Assembly (NCBI GenBank): GCA_000388065.2
Contig: KB932202.1
DNA: 64,000 nt
From: Fonticula alba ATCC 38817
Taxonomy: Eukaryota; Protista; Nucleariida
Reading direction: 5' to 3' (one strand)
Numbering within the stretch: the first letter of the stretch is position 1; each line of letters begins with the position of its first letter. The notes beneath the pieces were generated by a model. It saw only the letters and a list, made by a program, of their open reading frames with translations. It had not been told where the DNA came from and did not search any database. This document shows, piece by piece, positions 47,685 through 60,683 of the stretch. The position numbers were made by a program, and so were the translations under genes.

Positions 47685-50600
47685 ATGTCCGCCAAGCGCC
47701 TGCGCATCAGTCGGACCTCGGCGGCCTCCTCCGAGTATGTGTCCGCTGCCTGGTTTCCTCCCTGGCCCTGCCTGGGTGCCGCTCTTCTACCTCGGCTCAT
47801 GACCCTGTCTAACTCTCTCTCTCTCTGTCTCTTTTGCCGGTCCCTCTCCTGTAGGTTTGAATTTAATGAGCTCACTGGCATGTCGCCAAAGCGCTACGGC
47901 GTTCCTGGCCTGCTGGGATCGGTGACCGCCTCGCACCTGGCCGTGTCACCAAGCCCTCTGCGCCACGCATCGCTTCCCGGAGCCGGCCCTGGCGCCTCGG
48001 AGTCCCCCTCGGCTCCGCTCCTTGCCGACAATCTGCGCACCCCAAGCCGCGTAAGTTCCTGTACCCCCCCCCTTTTGCCAGTCTGCGCTCCCCCCCCCCT
48101 CCCCCTGCTCCGTGAGCCTAACGACAATCTCTCTCCCCTCAGTCCCGACTCATCATCCCGAATGGTGCTCCAATCAACGAGGCGACGTGCGCTTTCCTGG
48201 CCCCCATGTCCCCTCCCCCTTTGAACTGTTCCCTCTCTCTCTCTCTCTCTCTCCATTTCGCCCCCTCTTGTGAATGCTTATTCACGATCTNNNNNNNNNN
48301 NNNNNNNNNNNNNNNNNNNNNNNNNNNNNNNNNNCCCCCCACGCCCCCACGCCCCCTCGCCCCCCATCAGCATCGAGCCGGGCACTCCCTTTACCCAGCG
48401 CACAGCCAGCGGCGAGCGCACTTGCCTGTATGAGGACCTGTCTGAGTCGCGCCTTGATCGCGGCTCGCTTCCAACCGTCTCGCCAGCCCCATCCGAATCA
48501 GGCGGCACCGAGGCCGCCACGCCGGTCATCGATTTCGTCAAGGTCAATGCTCTCTGCTTGGCGAATTCCCCCGCCGCAAACGCCACTGCCGCCGGCGAGG
48601 AGGCAGCCCCCGCAAATGGAGCCTCGTCGTCCCCCCTGTCTGTCCTGGATGTCCATCGTGGGAACCTTGTCGAAGCGTATGCCACGCTGGCGCCGGTTGT
48701 GGCCAGCGCTCGCCGACGGAAGGGCCGCGTTCTCGGGGCCGAGAATGAGCTGGCCAACGGCTACTATCGCTTCATGTCGCAGAAGATTTCCGAGAAAGCC
48801 GATGGTTCGTTGCCCCCATTGGCCATTGCGCCCTCCATTGTCTGCTCCTTGAGAGAAGATTACACACCCCGAAGCACCCTCCCCTCCTTCCCTGCCCATG
48901 CACATGCACATGCACATGCACATGCACATGCAGAGACACACATACACATGCACATGTACATGCACATGTGCATGTGTATTTGTCACCCACCAGCGGGAAG
49001 TCCACCTTGCTAACCACATGTTGCCCTCTCTGCTGGCAGCTGTCGACCGCCAGCTCGAGCGCGTTGCCGGGGTCCTCTGCTCGCATCATGGCATCAAGCC
49101 GGGGGATGTCATTTCGGCTGTCATCCCGGGTCAGACCGAGCGCCATGTGTACGGCCGGATTGTGGCGGCTGCCGATGACAACGGCGCCAGCCTTCGTGGG
49201 AATGTGGTGTACATCGAATCGCCGCGCCATTGCGGCGGACATTTGATCCCCCTGGGCTTGGACAAGTGCCCGTCCTTTTCCTTCTTCCCCGGGCAGGTTG
49301 TCCTCCTGCGGGGGATCAATCTGACCGGCACTCAGTTCGACGTGTCGCAGGTCGAGCCGGTGCGTTTCCCGTCCTCCCTCCTGCCTCTTTTTCCCCTTTG
49401 GCCTGGCGGATGAGGGGTTTTGCCCGCTTCCCGGCCGCCAGCCTAACGGCCTCCCTGCCGCTAGATCCCCCCGCTGCCGCCCCGGCCTCTCGACTCGGCG
49501 GCGGTGGAGACCCTCTACCCGTCAGCCGGCGCACCCGGTGCCGCGGCGTCTGGACTCAAGGTGATGATCTGTGCGTCGCATGCTTGGGCCTCGCACGCCC
49601 CCCCTCCCCGCTCCGCCAGGCCATCTCGGGTCTCCCTAACCCCTTTTGGCCATGCCCGCCGCTTTCCATCGGCAAATGCCAGCATGTGGCCCGTACACCC
49701 CGAATTTCGACCTCCGCTTTGACCCCCTGCTATCGTTCTTGGATGCGGTGGTTGAAGCCCAGCCCGATGTGGCCATCATCGTGCGTCAGCAAGTGACATG
49801 GCCTGACCGACTTCCCTGATGCCCACTCACCTGCTATGTCCCCTGCTGATGGGGTGGGCCGGCGGGGGCCTTTGCGTCCAAAAGATTGGCCCGATCCTGG
49901 AGGACACACACCCCTTGGTGGTGTCCGGCAACATGAAGGGCACCACGGTCGACGTCTTCGCCGACGTGCTGTATGTGCTGACCACCTGTGCCCAGGCACA
50001 GCCGCACATCCAGTTCATCCTGGTTCCCGCGCTGTCGGATGTGACTCACCCGTGCCCGGTGCTGCCCCAGCCGCCATTTGCCCTGCGCCGGCGCAATATC
50101 CCGGCCAATCTGCACTGCCACTGGAATCCGTCCATCATCCAGCTGGGTGACCTGACCATCGGCCTGATGGCCACCGACCTGTTGATGCATCTGTCTCGAG
50201 TGGAAATCAGCCGCCAGGCCCCGGACACCGGGAGTGGCTCGGTTCCGGACCGCCTGCATCGCCTGGCCGAGCATGTCCTCCTCCAGCGGACCCTTTACCC
50301 GGTGCTGCCGGCCCAATCCGGCACCAGCCTCGAGCTTCCCCGCCTGGATGACCTGTCCATGGGGCAATACCAGCCGGACATCCTGGTCATGCCCTCCAAC
50401 TTGAAGACCTTCATCAAGAACATCCATGGGGCCCTGGTCATCAACCCCGGGCGGCTGTGTACCGGCGGGTCCCGTGCCAGTGCCGGTGGCGGGACATATG
50501 CCCGGGTGTTGGTTCTGCCGCCCCGCGACGAAGCCAGCAGCGGCGATGTCAAGCGCGCGTGCGTCTGTCCTGCGGCATTCCCTTTTCCCCGCCCCTCCCC

Positions 50601-50739
50601 CCCCCCTTCTTGCCCTTTCTCACCCATGCGCTCACACCCTCGCATGCAAACTCCCGAACACACGTGGCAATGTGCCTGCGCGGCGCCATACAGTGCGAAC
50701 ATCAGCGCTCGCTGCCAGGCCGAGGTGGTCAGGATATAA
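47685..50739 (+). CDS. POLA2: DNA polymerase alpha subunit B, multi-exon
   Basis: Motifs YRFMSQKI, VYGRIV..YIESPR..FSFFPGQVVLLRGINLTG, CGPYT..FDPLLSFLD..QPDVAII, ILVPALSDV.HP.PVLPQPP, LLQRTLYPVLP, PDILVMPS.LK.FIK..INPGRL, ending AEVVRI*. First exon 47685-47734 ends at a GTATGT donor. Confidence 0.92.
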
Positions 50740-51191
50740 TTGTGCACCTGCGCCGGTCGAATGCCGTCCAAGAAAAGACGCCCACACGCAAACATGCAAC
50801 GGGCGCGCCGGAGCGCGGCCCCGGACAGGGGGCAGGCCATCCGCCCTCGGGTCCGCTCCTCCCTGGACGCATGGGCTCGATGGACCACTGGCGGGAAGGC
50901 TCGGCCCTTCATGCCGAGTGAATGCACTTTTTAGACACCGCGAGACGCGACAGCCCGTGAGGGGATTCCGGCCTGCGACCGTGGGGAAGGAGGGACGGGG
51001 GAGGGAGGAAGAAAGAGCAAGAGAAGGAGGGGGAGAATCTATTGATGAAAGTGCCGAGAGAAGGGGAGCACCATCCTGCTGAGAGTGGGGCATGCAAAAA
51101 AAAAAAGAAAAGGGGGGACTGTGCACCACGTCAACCAGCCAGGGAACAAGGGAGCGACAGAGATAGCGACAGGAGAGGAGGGAGAAAGGGA

Positions 51192-52900
51192 TCAGATCTC
51201 GCTGATCTCATCGATTTCCAGCTCGCTGACATACATCATGGAGGTGTGAACGATGTTCGAGAAGAAGCGGCTCTCGATGCCGCGGTACAGCGAGCGGATG
51301 CCCTCCTCGCGGGGAATGCGCACAATGCAGTCAACCCAAGACTTGTAGGGGACCGGCGAGATGGCCACCAGTGGCACATAGGGCCGAGAGAGCTGCCGGC
51401 TGCGCTTGAACACCTGCTGCGCCTGCAGGCGAACAGCCGCCGTGCTCAGGGGCGAAGTGATGGCAAGCTCCTGCATGGGGGGGGGGGGAGAACGCGGAGA
51501 AGAGGAGCAAGGCGCATTAGGGAGATGCAAAGCAGGGAGGCACATGGTCATGCAGCAGCAGAGGCAATGCGAGGAAGCACATACAGTCAGGTTGACCACC
51601 GCCTCGGCCAGCATCGAGGTGATGATGGACGCATCGGTCAGCCGGAGATACCGGTCAAAGAAGATGGAGCTCAGTGTCCGCAGGGTGACCGGAATGGTGC
51701 GCTCCAGGACGAAGGGCATCCACCCGGCGAACAGGCCGCCGATGCCCTCCTCGCGGAAGATCGTGAAGAGCGATCCCCAAAAAGAGGTGTACTTCGCCTT
51801 GGGCGAGGGGCGCTCGAGAACCATGCTGCCAGGCGCGGAAAGGGGGCCCCAAAGGAGAAGCAGGAGAGATGAGCCCCCCGCCAAAGGTCAGAAGGCATGT
51901 TGAGATGGGAGAGGAGGGCCGGGGAGCAGCGGGGATATGGCTGCCGGGCATGAGGGGGGGGGGGGGGGGACTCGTACCGGGTGAGGACGGTGTTGGCTGG
52001 CGCGCTGAGGAGGTTGGTCAGGGCATGGGACGCAAAAAGGGTCCCGAGGTTGGGCAGGAAGTGGTCCATCGACTCAATGGGCACATGGTCATCCAGGAGG
52101 AAAACCTCGTTGAGGATGGACTCGGCCGACGACTGGGTCAGGCTGTGGAAGAGGGCCATGAGAGTTTGTGGAACGAGGGCTGGGCAGGGGCGGGTCAGAA
52201 AAAAAAGGCCAGAGACCATAGACACGCGAGGAGATCCAACCGGGGGAAGGAAGGCCGATGTGCCCCCCCCCCCCCCCCCCCCCCCCGCTGCCATCGGCCC
52301 CGGTGGGATACATACCCTTCCACAGGGAAAGGACGCCACTGTCATCGACCAGGGCCACCAGAGCCCGCATCAGCCCATCCAGCTGGGGGTAATTGACCGG
52401 GCTGGTGACCGACGTGTCAGGCTGAGGGCCGGCCCGGCCGGGAGCCGGCCGTGTGGGAGTGGGAGGAATGAAAAATCCGGGCGACTGATACTGGGCCTGA
52501 TTTCGAGACAGCACGTGTAAGAGTGTCAGTGTCAGTGTCAGTGTCAGTGTCAGTGTGTGTGTGAGAGAGAGAGAGAAAAAGAGAGACAGGAGCTGGGACG
52601 AAGGACAGACGGCAGTAGGCATCCTGCTTGGAGACCGGCAGGTGCACATCCGGGCAGGGAGGTGAGGGTGACTGGGCAGGAAAGGCACCATACCTTCATG
52701 ACAATGGAGCTGACGTTCAGCGGCGACGCAGCCACCGTAGCGAAGGACGAGTAAAGCCCATGCGAGATGAGTTGTGACAGGCCAACCTCCGAGGAAAAGG
52801 TGTCCGGCACATCGACCATCTCGTATCCGGACATCGGATACGGGACGTAGGATGACTGGGGGACGCGCATCATCGCGGGGGCCGAGGAGGAGCTCGACAT
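51192..52900 (-). CDS. Ugo1/SLC25A46-like degenerate mitochondrial carrier (outer-membrane fusion factor), multi-exon
   Basis: Carrier-like repeats SLWKG, ASHALTNLLSAP..VLTR, KYTSFWGSLFTIFREEGIGGLFAG, ITSPLSTAAVRLQAQ and PVPYKSWVDCIVRIPREEGIRSLYRG. The PX[DE]XX[KR] signatures are degenerate, as in Ugo1/SLC25A46. ATG at 52900 (MSSSSSAPAM). Confidence 0.7.
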
Positions 52901-53736
52901 CTCGGCGGCCAAAGAGCGTGGTCAGGAGACGATGGAGACCAAGGGAGGAAGGCGGAAGGGATGGCTGGCACTCAGAGAAAGAGGGAGAGGGAAGCCTATG
53001 ATGTGGGGGGANNNNNNNNNNGGGAGAGGGAAGCCTATGATGTGGGGGGAGGGGGGGGGGGGTGGGGGGAAAGGAGAGGGGAGAGTAGTGGAAGCTGGCT
53101 GGCGGCGTCCCTCGGCAGGGGGGCAGGGACACCCGGAGTAAGCCACCGGATAAAGGGCAACAGAGCAGGACAGAACGGCCGCCTCCTCCACAACCATCGT
53201 GGGAGCCAGGCGCGCGCGCGCGCGCGCGCACGCACGAGCCGAGTTCCTCTGGTCACGATCGGAATATCGGCCCCCTCGCACGTCCTCTACCCCCCCCTCC
53301 CCCCAGGACAACGAGCCCACAAAAAACAAGCGCGCCCCCCCCCCCCGCTTGTACCCTCCTGCCCGGCCACAGATGTCAGTCAACACGTTTGAGCGGAACG
53401 TAAATGAGCGACAGATGCCAGCGCTCTCCGACTGCCAGCGTATAGCTTTCGGGGCCCCTGCGCGGGCTGACTGCCGCCTGTTCCCGCGCAACGGGGCCGC
53501 ATCTCCGGGAGGGGCCAGAGCAGGGGCTTGGGACCAGCCCGCGCTAAGATCGCTGAGGGGGAATCCAGACCCGGAGGGGGGGGGGGGGGGGGGGGGCGCG
53601 CGACAAAACCCCGGGAACCGGGCGATGCTTCATCCTCCTGGCAAATAGTGTGCCCCTCCTCTCGCTCCTCTCCTCTCGCTCATCTCCCCTCCCTGCTCTC
53701 CCGCCTGCACCCTCTCTCCTCCATCAGCATCACACC

Positions 53737-54453
53737 ATGTCCTCGCCACCCACCGACAACAAGGCTGTCACCGCTGACGAGACTCTCTCTCCTGAGGAGT
53801 ATTCCAAGCTCCTTGAGCGTGCGTCTGCCTCTGCCCCTGGCTGTGTCGCCTTCTTGTGCCCTGACCATTCTCCCGCCTGGCTTTGCCATGACGCCGCTCC
53901 TCCCCGCAGGCGCCAATGCCGCTCTGGCCAACCAGCTGAGCGCCGCCAAGACCAGTGTCCCGGCCCCGCCGGTTGGCCCGTGCATCGATGCGGATCTCTA
54001 CGTCGATGGCGCGCCAAACCCGACCGCCCTTAAGTGCCAGTACTGCAACTCGTCCATGCTGGATGCCAAGGCCGGTACCGTGCGCAAAACCAAAGTGCGT
54101 GCTTCTCCCTTTTGATCTTTCCTCCCTCTGTGCCCCCCTCTCGCGCGCACGCGTCAAGCCGACTCACATGCTGCCTCCCGGTCGCCAAGATTGACCTGCC
54201 CGCGCCGGAGATGCTCGATGCCCAGGGCAAGAGCAAGCTCAACCCGGAGGACTTCCCCCCCGAGGAGCTTGAGCTCTTCCTCGAGGTGGATTCGATCTTC
54301 ACCTTCCTGAACATGGGCTTCGCGCATGCCGTGCAAGGACGCAAGTACATGTGCTGCGCGGACTGCAACTTCGGCCCGGTGGGGTTCCTCAACACCACCA
54401 CGAACCGGTGCTGGCTGGCCCGTGACCGCGTGACCGTGCGCCAGAAGAAGTAA
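53737..54453 (+). CDS. RABIF: MSS4/RABIF Rab-interacting factor (Zn-binding Rab chaperone/GEF-like)
   Basis: Exons 53737-53818, 53910-54094 and 54190-54453, both donors GTGCGT. Motifs NPTALKCQYCNSSML and EVDSIFTFLNMGFAHAVQGRKYMCCADCNFGPVG..RDRV match the Mss4 fold with two CxxC pairs. Confidence 0.88.
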
Positions 54454-54603
54454 TGGGACCCCCCCCCCCGCCCCCTCCCGTGTAACATGGTCACCAACAC
54501 TCGGAAAAGAAGAGCATGCATTTTGTTTGGTATTACCGTCGGCCCCTTGAGCGGTCTACTTCCAACAGCAGCGCAAGGGTCAAGAGAGGCCCCTTCGGTC
54601 GGC

Positions 54604-57325
54604 CTACTCTTGGCCCTGCTCCGGGTTGCCCTCCTGCTCATCGGGGGTGGAGGCAGCCGCGGCCGCGGCTGCGGCATCTCGACTGTCCTGGGCCTCCTGC
54701 TCCATGACCTCGGCTCGGACGGCGGAAAGCTGAGTCACGGCCCGAGCCAAATTGATCGAGGGAAGGAATGGATGGGAGGAGGCAAGGAGAGCGGGGGAGG
54801 GGAAGGGGGAAGAGGCCGAGGAGGAGAAACACATGTGGGAGAGGAATATGTAAGCAGGCTGTGGAAGCTCAAAAGGAGGCCCGGCCGAAACGCACCGTCT
54901 CAATGTCGACGTTCTCCAGCTCCGGGCGCAGGAACGACCCCTCCGGGGCGTCGGGGAACAGGGCGTAGAAGGCCCGGTTGGCTGACACCAGGGACCCCTC
55001 GGAGCAGAAGTGAGTGGCCCCGGCACTGTTGTCCACAAGGGCCACCTGGCCAGCAAGACCCGGCACAAACGGCGACCCGTCAGCCTGAATGTCGTGAGTG
55101 GCCGACGAGTGCCGGTAGAAGATGGCCATCAGGGGAGCAACACGGCCAGCCGGCGCCGGACTGGTGGCCAAGTCCTCGAAGTGGAAGATGCACGACAGGG
55201 CATCCTGCAGATCGGCCTCGGGAGAGATTGTCTCATCCTCGGGCGCCTGGCGCGAGATGTAGTACACATCTGGAGTGCAGAGCCGACAGGGCAAGAGGTG
55301 AGACTGAGGCCGCGAGAAACGGGGCAGGAGGAAGGGTGACACGGTCATCAGGGCACATACACTTGTCCGCTGGGCTGGAGAGGGTGGCTTGACCGGTTTG
55401 AAGAACGGCGATGGGTCGGTCACCGGCGGGGATGGTCACCAACCGGACCATGTGGCCCTCGTCCATGGGGGCCTCATAGGAGATGGCCGCCGTGTCATCG
55501 GCCTCGGAGGATCCGACTGCCGGAGCGAAGAGCGCACTGAAGGGCTGATCGGCCACGATCATGGCACGATGCATGTGCGACTGCTGAGTGGCCACCGGGC
55601 GCAGGGCATTTGCACAAAGAGCGCGAAAGCGGCCGGGCGCACAGGTGGCCTCCTGAGGGGCTGGCAGGAGGTCCACAGCCTCCAGGCTAAGTAGCGGGGC
55701 AGTCACCACCTGGCCCGAGGGAAGGGTGAGGCGAACGGGCTGCTCGCCGGTCGGGTCGACCTCGAGAGCCGTCGGCAGGGTATCCAGCATGAAGGTAGCC
55801 CCATTGATGGCGGCAAGTCTGCGCGAAGGCAAGGGGAGGGCAGGGGGGCGGAGAGAGGGAGAGGGCGAGAAGAGAAACAAGTCAGACGAGTAGTTCCACG
55901 GGGAGGAGGGAATTAAAAAAGGGAAAAGGATGCAACGCTCGCACCGGGAGAAGGCCTGCGGGAAGTCGGCGGCGCCGCCGATCGGGGCAATGAGCGTGGC
56001 AACATCGCTGCCAACAATGCCCGACTGGGAGAAGCGCCCGCGAGAGTGGAGGCGTGCCTGAATTCGAGACAGAGCCGCATGTGTGGAAATAGCTGGTCGG
56101 GAGGGGGTTAAGTCACAAGCACGCCCAGGGGGGGGGGGGGGGGGGGGGGGGCCTCAAACGGGGACTTGGCGAGGAGGGAGGGGGCGGGATGGTGCGCACC
56201 ATCAACCGACGTGGTCAGGGTGGCCGCCTCGAGGAGAGAGTGACGGATCAACGGCCGGGTGGCCTTCTGCTGGGTGAGATACTCGCTGAAGGGGGGATTT
56301 CCCTCGCCCACAGGGGCCTGAAGGGGGGAGGCGCCGTCGACACGTTGGGTTGGGTCGCTCGGGGGCGGAGTCAGTCCGACGGCCAGTGGGTCGACTTTCC
56401 GGATGGCACAAAGCACGAGGAGCAAACAAACACCGGCAGAGGCGAGATAGGAGGAGGAGGGGGGGGGGAGTCAATCGCGAAGTTAACACACCCGAAAGGG
56501 GGGAAAAAAAAGAGCACGCCATCACAGCCAAACACGAGCAGGGGGGAAAAGCGCACAGTCGACGGCCGCGGTGAGCACACGCATCAGAATGCGCTTTTCA
56601 ATCAACGACAGGGACTTGCTGGCGAAGACGTTTTCCTTCTTGGAGGGGACCTGTGTGGAAAGGGTCAGGCACAGGGGGGGCTGAAGGCCGGGCAGGAAAG
56701 GAGAGAGCCTGATGATCGGCGGTCGGGAATCGGCGGGCAGGAAGATGGCCGGCCCACGGGCCGAGGGGCAGGCAACCAGAAAGACAGGGAGAGGGGCTTA
56801 CGCACGCGCTCAAAGCCGGACCCCTCAACATGGACCCATTCCTCGGGGACAATGCGAAAGTCCAGGTAGCGCGAAACACCACTTTGAGCCAGGGCCCGAG
56901 TGGTCGGCGACCGGGCGAAGAGCAGCACCGGGTGGACGTCCAGATGATAGCCATACTTCCGAGCGGCAATCTCCTGCGGGACCTGGGCCGGCCGCATGCT
57001 GACGCGGGAGAAGGCCACTGGCGTGGCGGGGGCACGAGAAGAAAGGCGGGGCATTAGGATCTCACAGGCTCGGCGAAGGGGGGGGGGGGGGGGGGGGGGG
57101 GGGGGAGAAAGAAACCCCTGCGAAGCAGGGATCCAGACACGGCAAGCGCGAGAAGAAGAGACCCCCATGTGGCCGGGTCGGTACTCACAGGAAGGCGAAG
57201 TCGAGCTGGCACCAGCGAATTCCTCCACCTCCCCCAGGGTCAGGGTGGAGTGCTCGCCGCCATAGCGCTCGGCGTAGTCCAGGTGGAGGACCTTCTTGCC
57301 GAGGAGGGAGGCGGCGCTGCGCAGG

Positions 57326-57365
<40 letters not shown>

Positions 57366-57542
57366 CGGTGTCAGTCCCGGGACAAGAAAGTGTGTGGGGC
57401 AACAGACACAGCGAGCAGCGGCTCGGGAAAAAAAAAAGGCATACCCGCTCAGCATGCACGACGCGAGCGAAGTACCGACAACAATCAGGTCGAAGGTCGT
57501 CTCATCGAGAATGTCGAAGGGCCGGCCGTTGTCGGAGCTCAT
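54604..57542 (-). CDS. Rab escort protein (REP/CHM/Mrs6, GDI superfamily), multi-exon
   Basis: FDLIVVGTSLASCMLS, AASLLGKKVLHLDYAERYGGE, YHLDVHPVLLFARS..LAQSGVSRYLDFR, VPSKKENVFASKSLSLIEKRILM, LIAPIGGAADFPQAFSR, LAAINGATFML. The VPS..VF..KSL..EKR.LM block and the acidic tail fit REP better than GDI. Confidence 0.82.
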
Positions 57543-58348
57543 GACGGGGCGGGTGGCGAGGGGGGGGGGAGGGAAAGGAAGGGGGGGAGGGAAGCGGGGA
57601 GGACGGGAAAGGGGGGCGGAGGAGAGGAAGAAGGGAATCTGGCTTCGTGTCGCGAAGTCCGGCACGGCGTGGCCGGGGTCTCTTTTCTTTATCCCCCCCC
57701 CCCCTCACTTGGCCCCGCCAGGGGGGGGGGGAGGTCGCACGACTCCTTGGCAAAGTGCACGACCGAAAGCGCCCCGAGAGACCGATCGACCTTCATAAGC
57801 CACCGCCCGGGGGATGCTAAGCGCGGGTGCCGATCGGCCCGGACCAGCCGGGCGGGGCCACAAGTATGCAACTGCCAGTGCTCCAGTCCCTGCACGCGCC
57901 GATACGTTGGTATCCCGAGGGGTTGGTCGGCCCTGCCGGGATGGGGTCCGCGGAGCGGGCCCGGGCCGGGCCGGGGCGACTGCTGCCCCTGGTTCGGCAT
58001 GTCGCCGCGCATCGTCCCCCTGCGCCCACGGCGAGCGACGACCATCCCCCCCCCCCCCCCCCCCCCCCCCCATCGGCCACAACCCCGCGATCCCCCATTC
58101 CCGAGGGAGGCGCGAGCCGGGCGAAGTATCTCTGGGGGGGGGGGACAACAACTTTGGGGATTACAAGATCTGCACTTGCGGCCGGGGCCAGCAAGATCGG
58201 CCGAGGGTGTCCTGAAAAAGACCACCCAGCCGATCCTGTGCCTCAACCCAAGATACCGATCCCCCCCCCCCCCCACTCCCACTCCAGCTCACACACACGC
58301 TCCTCGTGTTCCCCTGCTCACTTGCTCTCTCACCCCCCCAGCTCAGCC

Positions 58349-60260
58349 ATGTTCCCACCGGCGCCCGCCCCTCCCGCCGACATCGGAAACACCCCCCCTG
58401 CCGGGGGCATCCACCGGCCCTCGGTCAAACTCCCGCCTGACCTGGCCCCGCACGCCATCGAGTATCAAGTACGCCCGAGTGGGGGGGGCCCCTTTGCTAC
58501 CACCGCCTCATGCCGGCCTTGCTCCGGCATTGGCTCGCCCCCTGATGGCCGCGCTCTTACCTGTGTCCATCCTCCAGCTTTTGAAGCACCTCCTCTTTTC
58601 GATCCGCGATGCGGCCATCGAGTCGCCAGTCCCCCCTCCCGGCATTTCCCCAGCGGCTTCCCCGCCGGAAAGCCCGATGACCGGAAGCGGGCAGCTGGCT
58701 GCCAGCCGGCCACTGCTTGACGCGATCCCGGTGGCCGGTGGCCGGCCGCTGCTCCTGTCGAATTTCCCCCACCGGGTGGCCACGGATTTGGCGCCGGCTG
58801 TCGGGCCGAAAACCGCCTTCGCCCTGCGCAATTTCCTGCGCGAGCTGGATCGGCAAATCCTCCGCGCCAACGCCGCCTATGTCGAAGGGATCCGCCGGGT
58901 GGCGGCTCTCTCCGGGCTGGACCTTGGCCAGCAGTTGGCCTTTCCCCCGGACCACCGGTGTCCCGGTCCCGGCGACACATCGGACCTTGTGGCGCCCGGG
59001 TTGGCAACCGGCCCGGGGCTCCTTTCGCAAGTGGACCCTCCGACGTCCGTTTACACGCCGCTCGAGGCGCTGCTGCTCTCACCTCCCCGGGCCACCAACT
59101 GGCCGCCCTGTGTCCAGACCCCCTGCATTCAATGTGCCCACCATGATGTCCTGGCCTCGGCCGCATGCACAGTCCAGCCGCACAGTTGCGCCAATTGCCC
59201 AAGCACCCGGCCCCCCACCGCCGGCACCCTCCCCCTGTCGGACGCATTTTGCGAATGCTGGCACCATAGCCTGGTGTGCTGTGGCTGCGAGCATTTTTGC
59301 TGTTGCCGGTGCTGTGCCGCCAGCGAGAACCTGCCGGAGTTTCCGCGCTTCGGCCAAGTCGAGCATCCGGCCCTGCTCACGGCCGACAGTGGGCCTGCCC
59401 TCCTGCCCGGGCTCCTGTGTCCGACTTGTGACCCGGTCATCTTGGCGCTTCCGGCCACTTCGCGCATCCTCTTTGACGGCCCCTGCATGGAGCGCCTCCG
59501 CAATCTTNNNNNNNNNNNNNNNNNNNNNNNNNNNNNNNNNNNNNNNNNNNNNNNNNNNNNNNNNNNNNNNNNNNNNNNNNNNNNNNNNNNNNNNNNNNNN
59601 NNNNNNNNNNNNNNNNNNNNNNNNNNNNNNNNNNNNNNNNNNNNNNNNNNNNNNNNNNNNNNNNNNNNNNNNNNNNNNNNNNNNNNNNNNNNNNNNNNNN
59701 NNNNNNNNNNNNNNNNNNNNNNNNNNNNNNNNNNNNNNNNNNNNNNNNNNNNNNNNNTTTTTCTGCCTTCCCTCCCCGCGCAGGACTTTGCTCTGCTCAA
59801 CTTGACCGCGTGCACGAAGATCCTGAAGAAGTTCGAGCGCCTCGACTTTTCGCTTCCCACCCTCCCGGCAGACATTGGCCCCGGTGACATGGGCCTCGCC
59901 GCGCTAGTGGCCGGGTCGCCCACCGAGGTCAATTCCCTCTCCGCCAGTGCTGGCTCCTCGCCCTATCTAGGTGCCACTGTTGGCAGTGGCAATGCCCCCT
60001 CCCCGCACCTCCTTGCTGGAACTCGCTCGGCATATCTCTACCGGATTTCGCTCCTCCCCATTTCAACCCGCGTGGCTGCGGTCGAGGCGAGGCACTCGCT
60101 AGCCGCCCGGGTCCGGGCCAGGCTAAAGGTCCGCCGTGGCCTGGCCCGAGGTATCCCGCCACACTTGGCCGAAAGCGATGCCGAGGCCTCTCCACCGATG
60201 GATGACTGGGACGGCTGCGATGGGGTCGGTCGCGCGGTCCGATGCACCCTTTCCAAGTAG
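58349..60260 (+). CDS. Stand-alone SPX-domain protein with a Cys-rich insertion; spans an assembly gap
   Basis: Exon 58349-58468 (GTACGC donor) spliced to 58578 gives HAIEYQ|LLKHLL (SPX helix 2, YxxxK). FLRELDRQILRANAAY corresponds to helix 3. ERLRNL..gap..DFALLNLTACTKILKKFER (acceptor at 59783) is the lysine-cluster helix. The N-terminal MKFG motif is not visible. Confidence 0.75.
59508..59757. other. Assembly gap (largest N run). Other gaps are near 7448, 8554, 21461, 28809, 36114, 47053, 48291 and 53012.
   Basis: N runs in the sequence. Confidence 0.95.
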
Positions 60261-60683
60261 CTCGCCCGAATGGCTGCCTCGGGGAGATTCCTGTCCCTGC
60301 GTCCAGTGCCCTGGATGCCAAATGCACTTGCTTCCCTGTGGTCATCCTCCCCACGCCAGCCTCCGGGGGGCGGCAGACAAGAGGAAGCGAGAAGAGGGCA
60401 AAGAGAAAGGGAAGGAAAGGGAACGGAGAATATTGCACAAACACACAAGCAAGCAAACAAACAAACCGGGACGGTGATCGAGACACAGTAAGACCGATGT
60501 TGGGCAGGGGAAGAAAGGAGCACACACACACACCGGGAGACACACATGGCATGCGGCGGGGGCCGATGTCAGGGGGTGAACGGGGGAGTTGCTTTATTTT
60601 TTAAACCAAGGGGAAGGAGAGGGGTTGACTGCCAGGCATGTTTCTCTTTGGTCCTTTTCTCATGTTCCCTGATGGAGTGGAAT

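Noticed and set aside
52983-53050. Duplicated GGGAGAGGGAAGCCTATGATGTGGGGGG on both sides of a 10-N gap
   Set aside because: Typical scaffolding overlap artefact.
60260-60360. CPCVQCPGCQMHLLPCGH in another plus frame just after the SPX stop, suggestive of a C-terminal RING
   Set aside because: Lacks the following CxxC pairs, has no convincing splice route into it, and runs into purine-rich UTR-like sequence.
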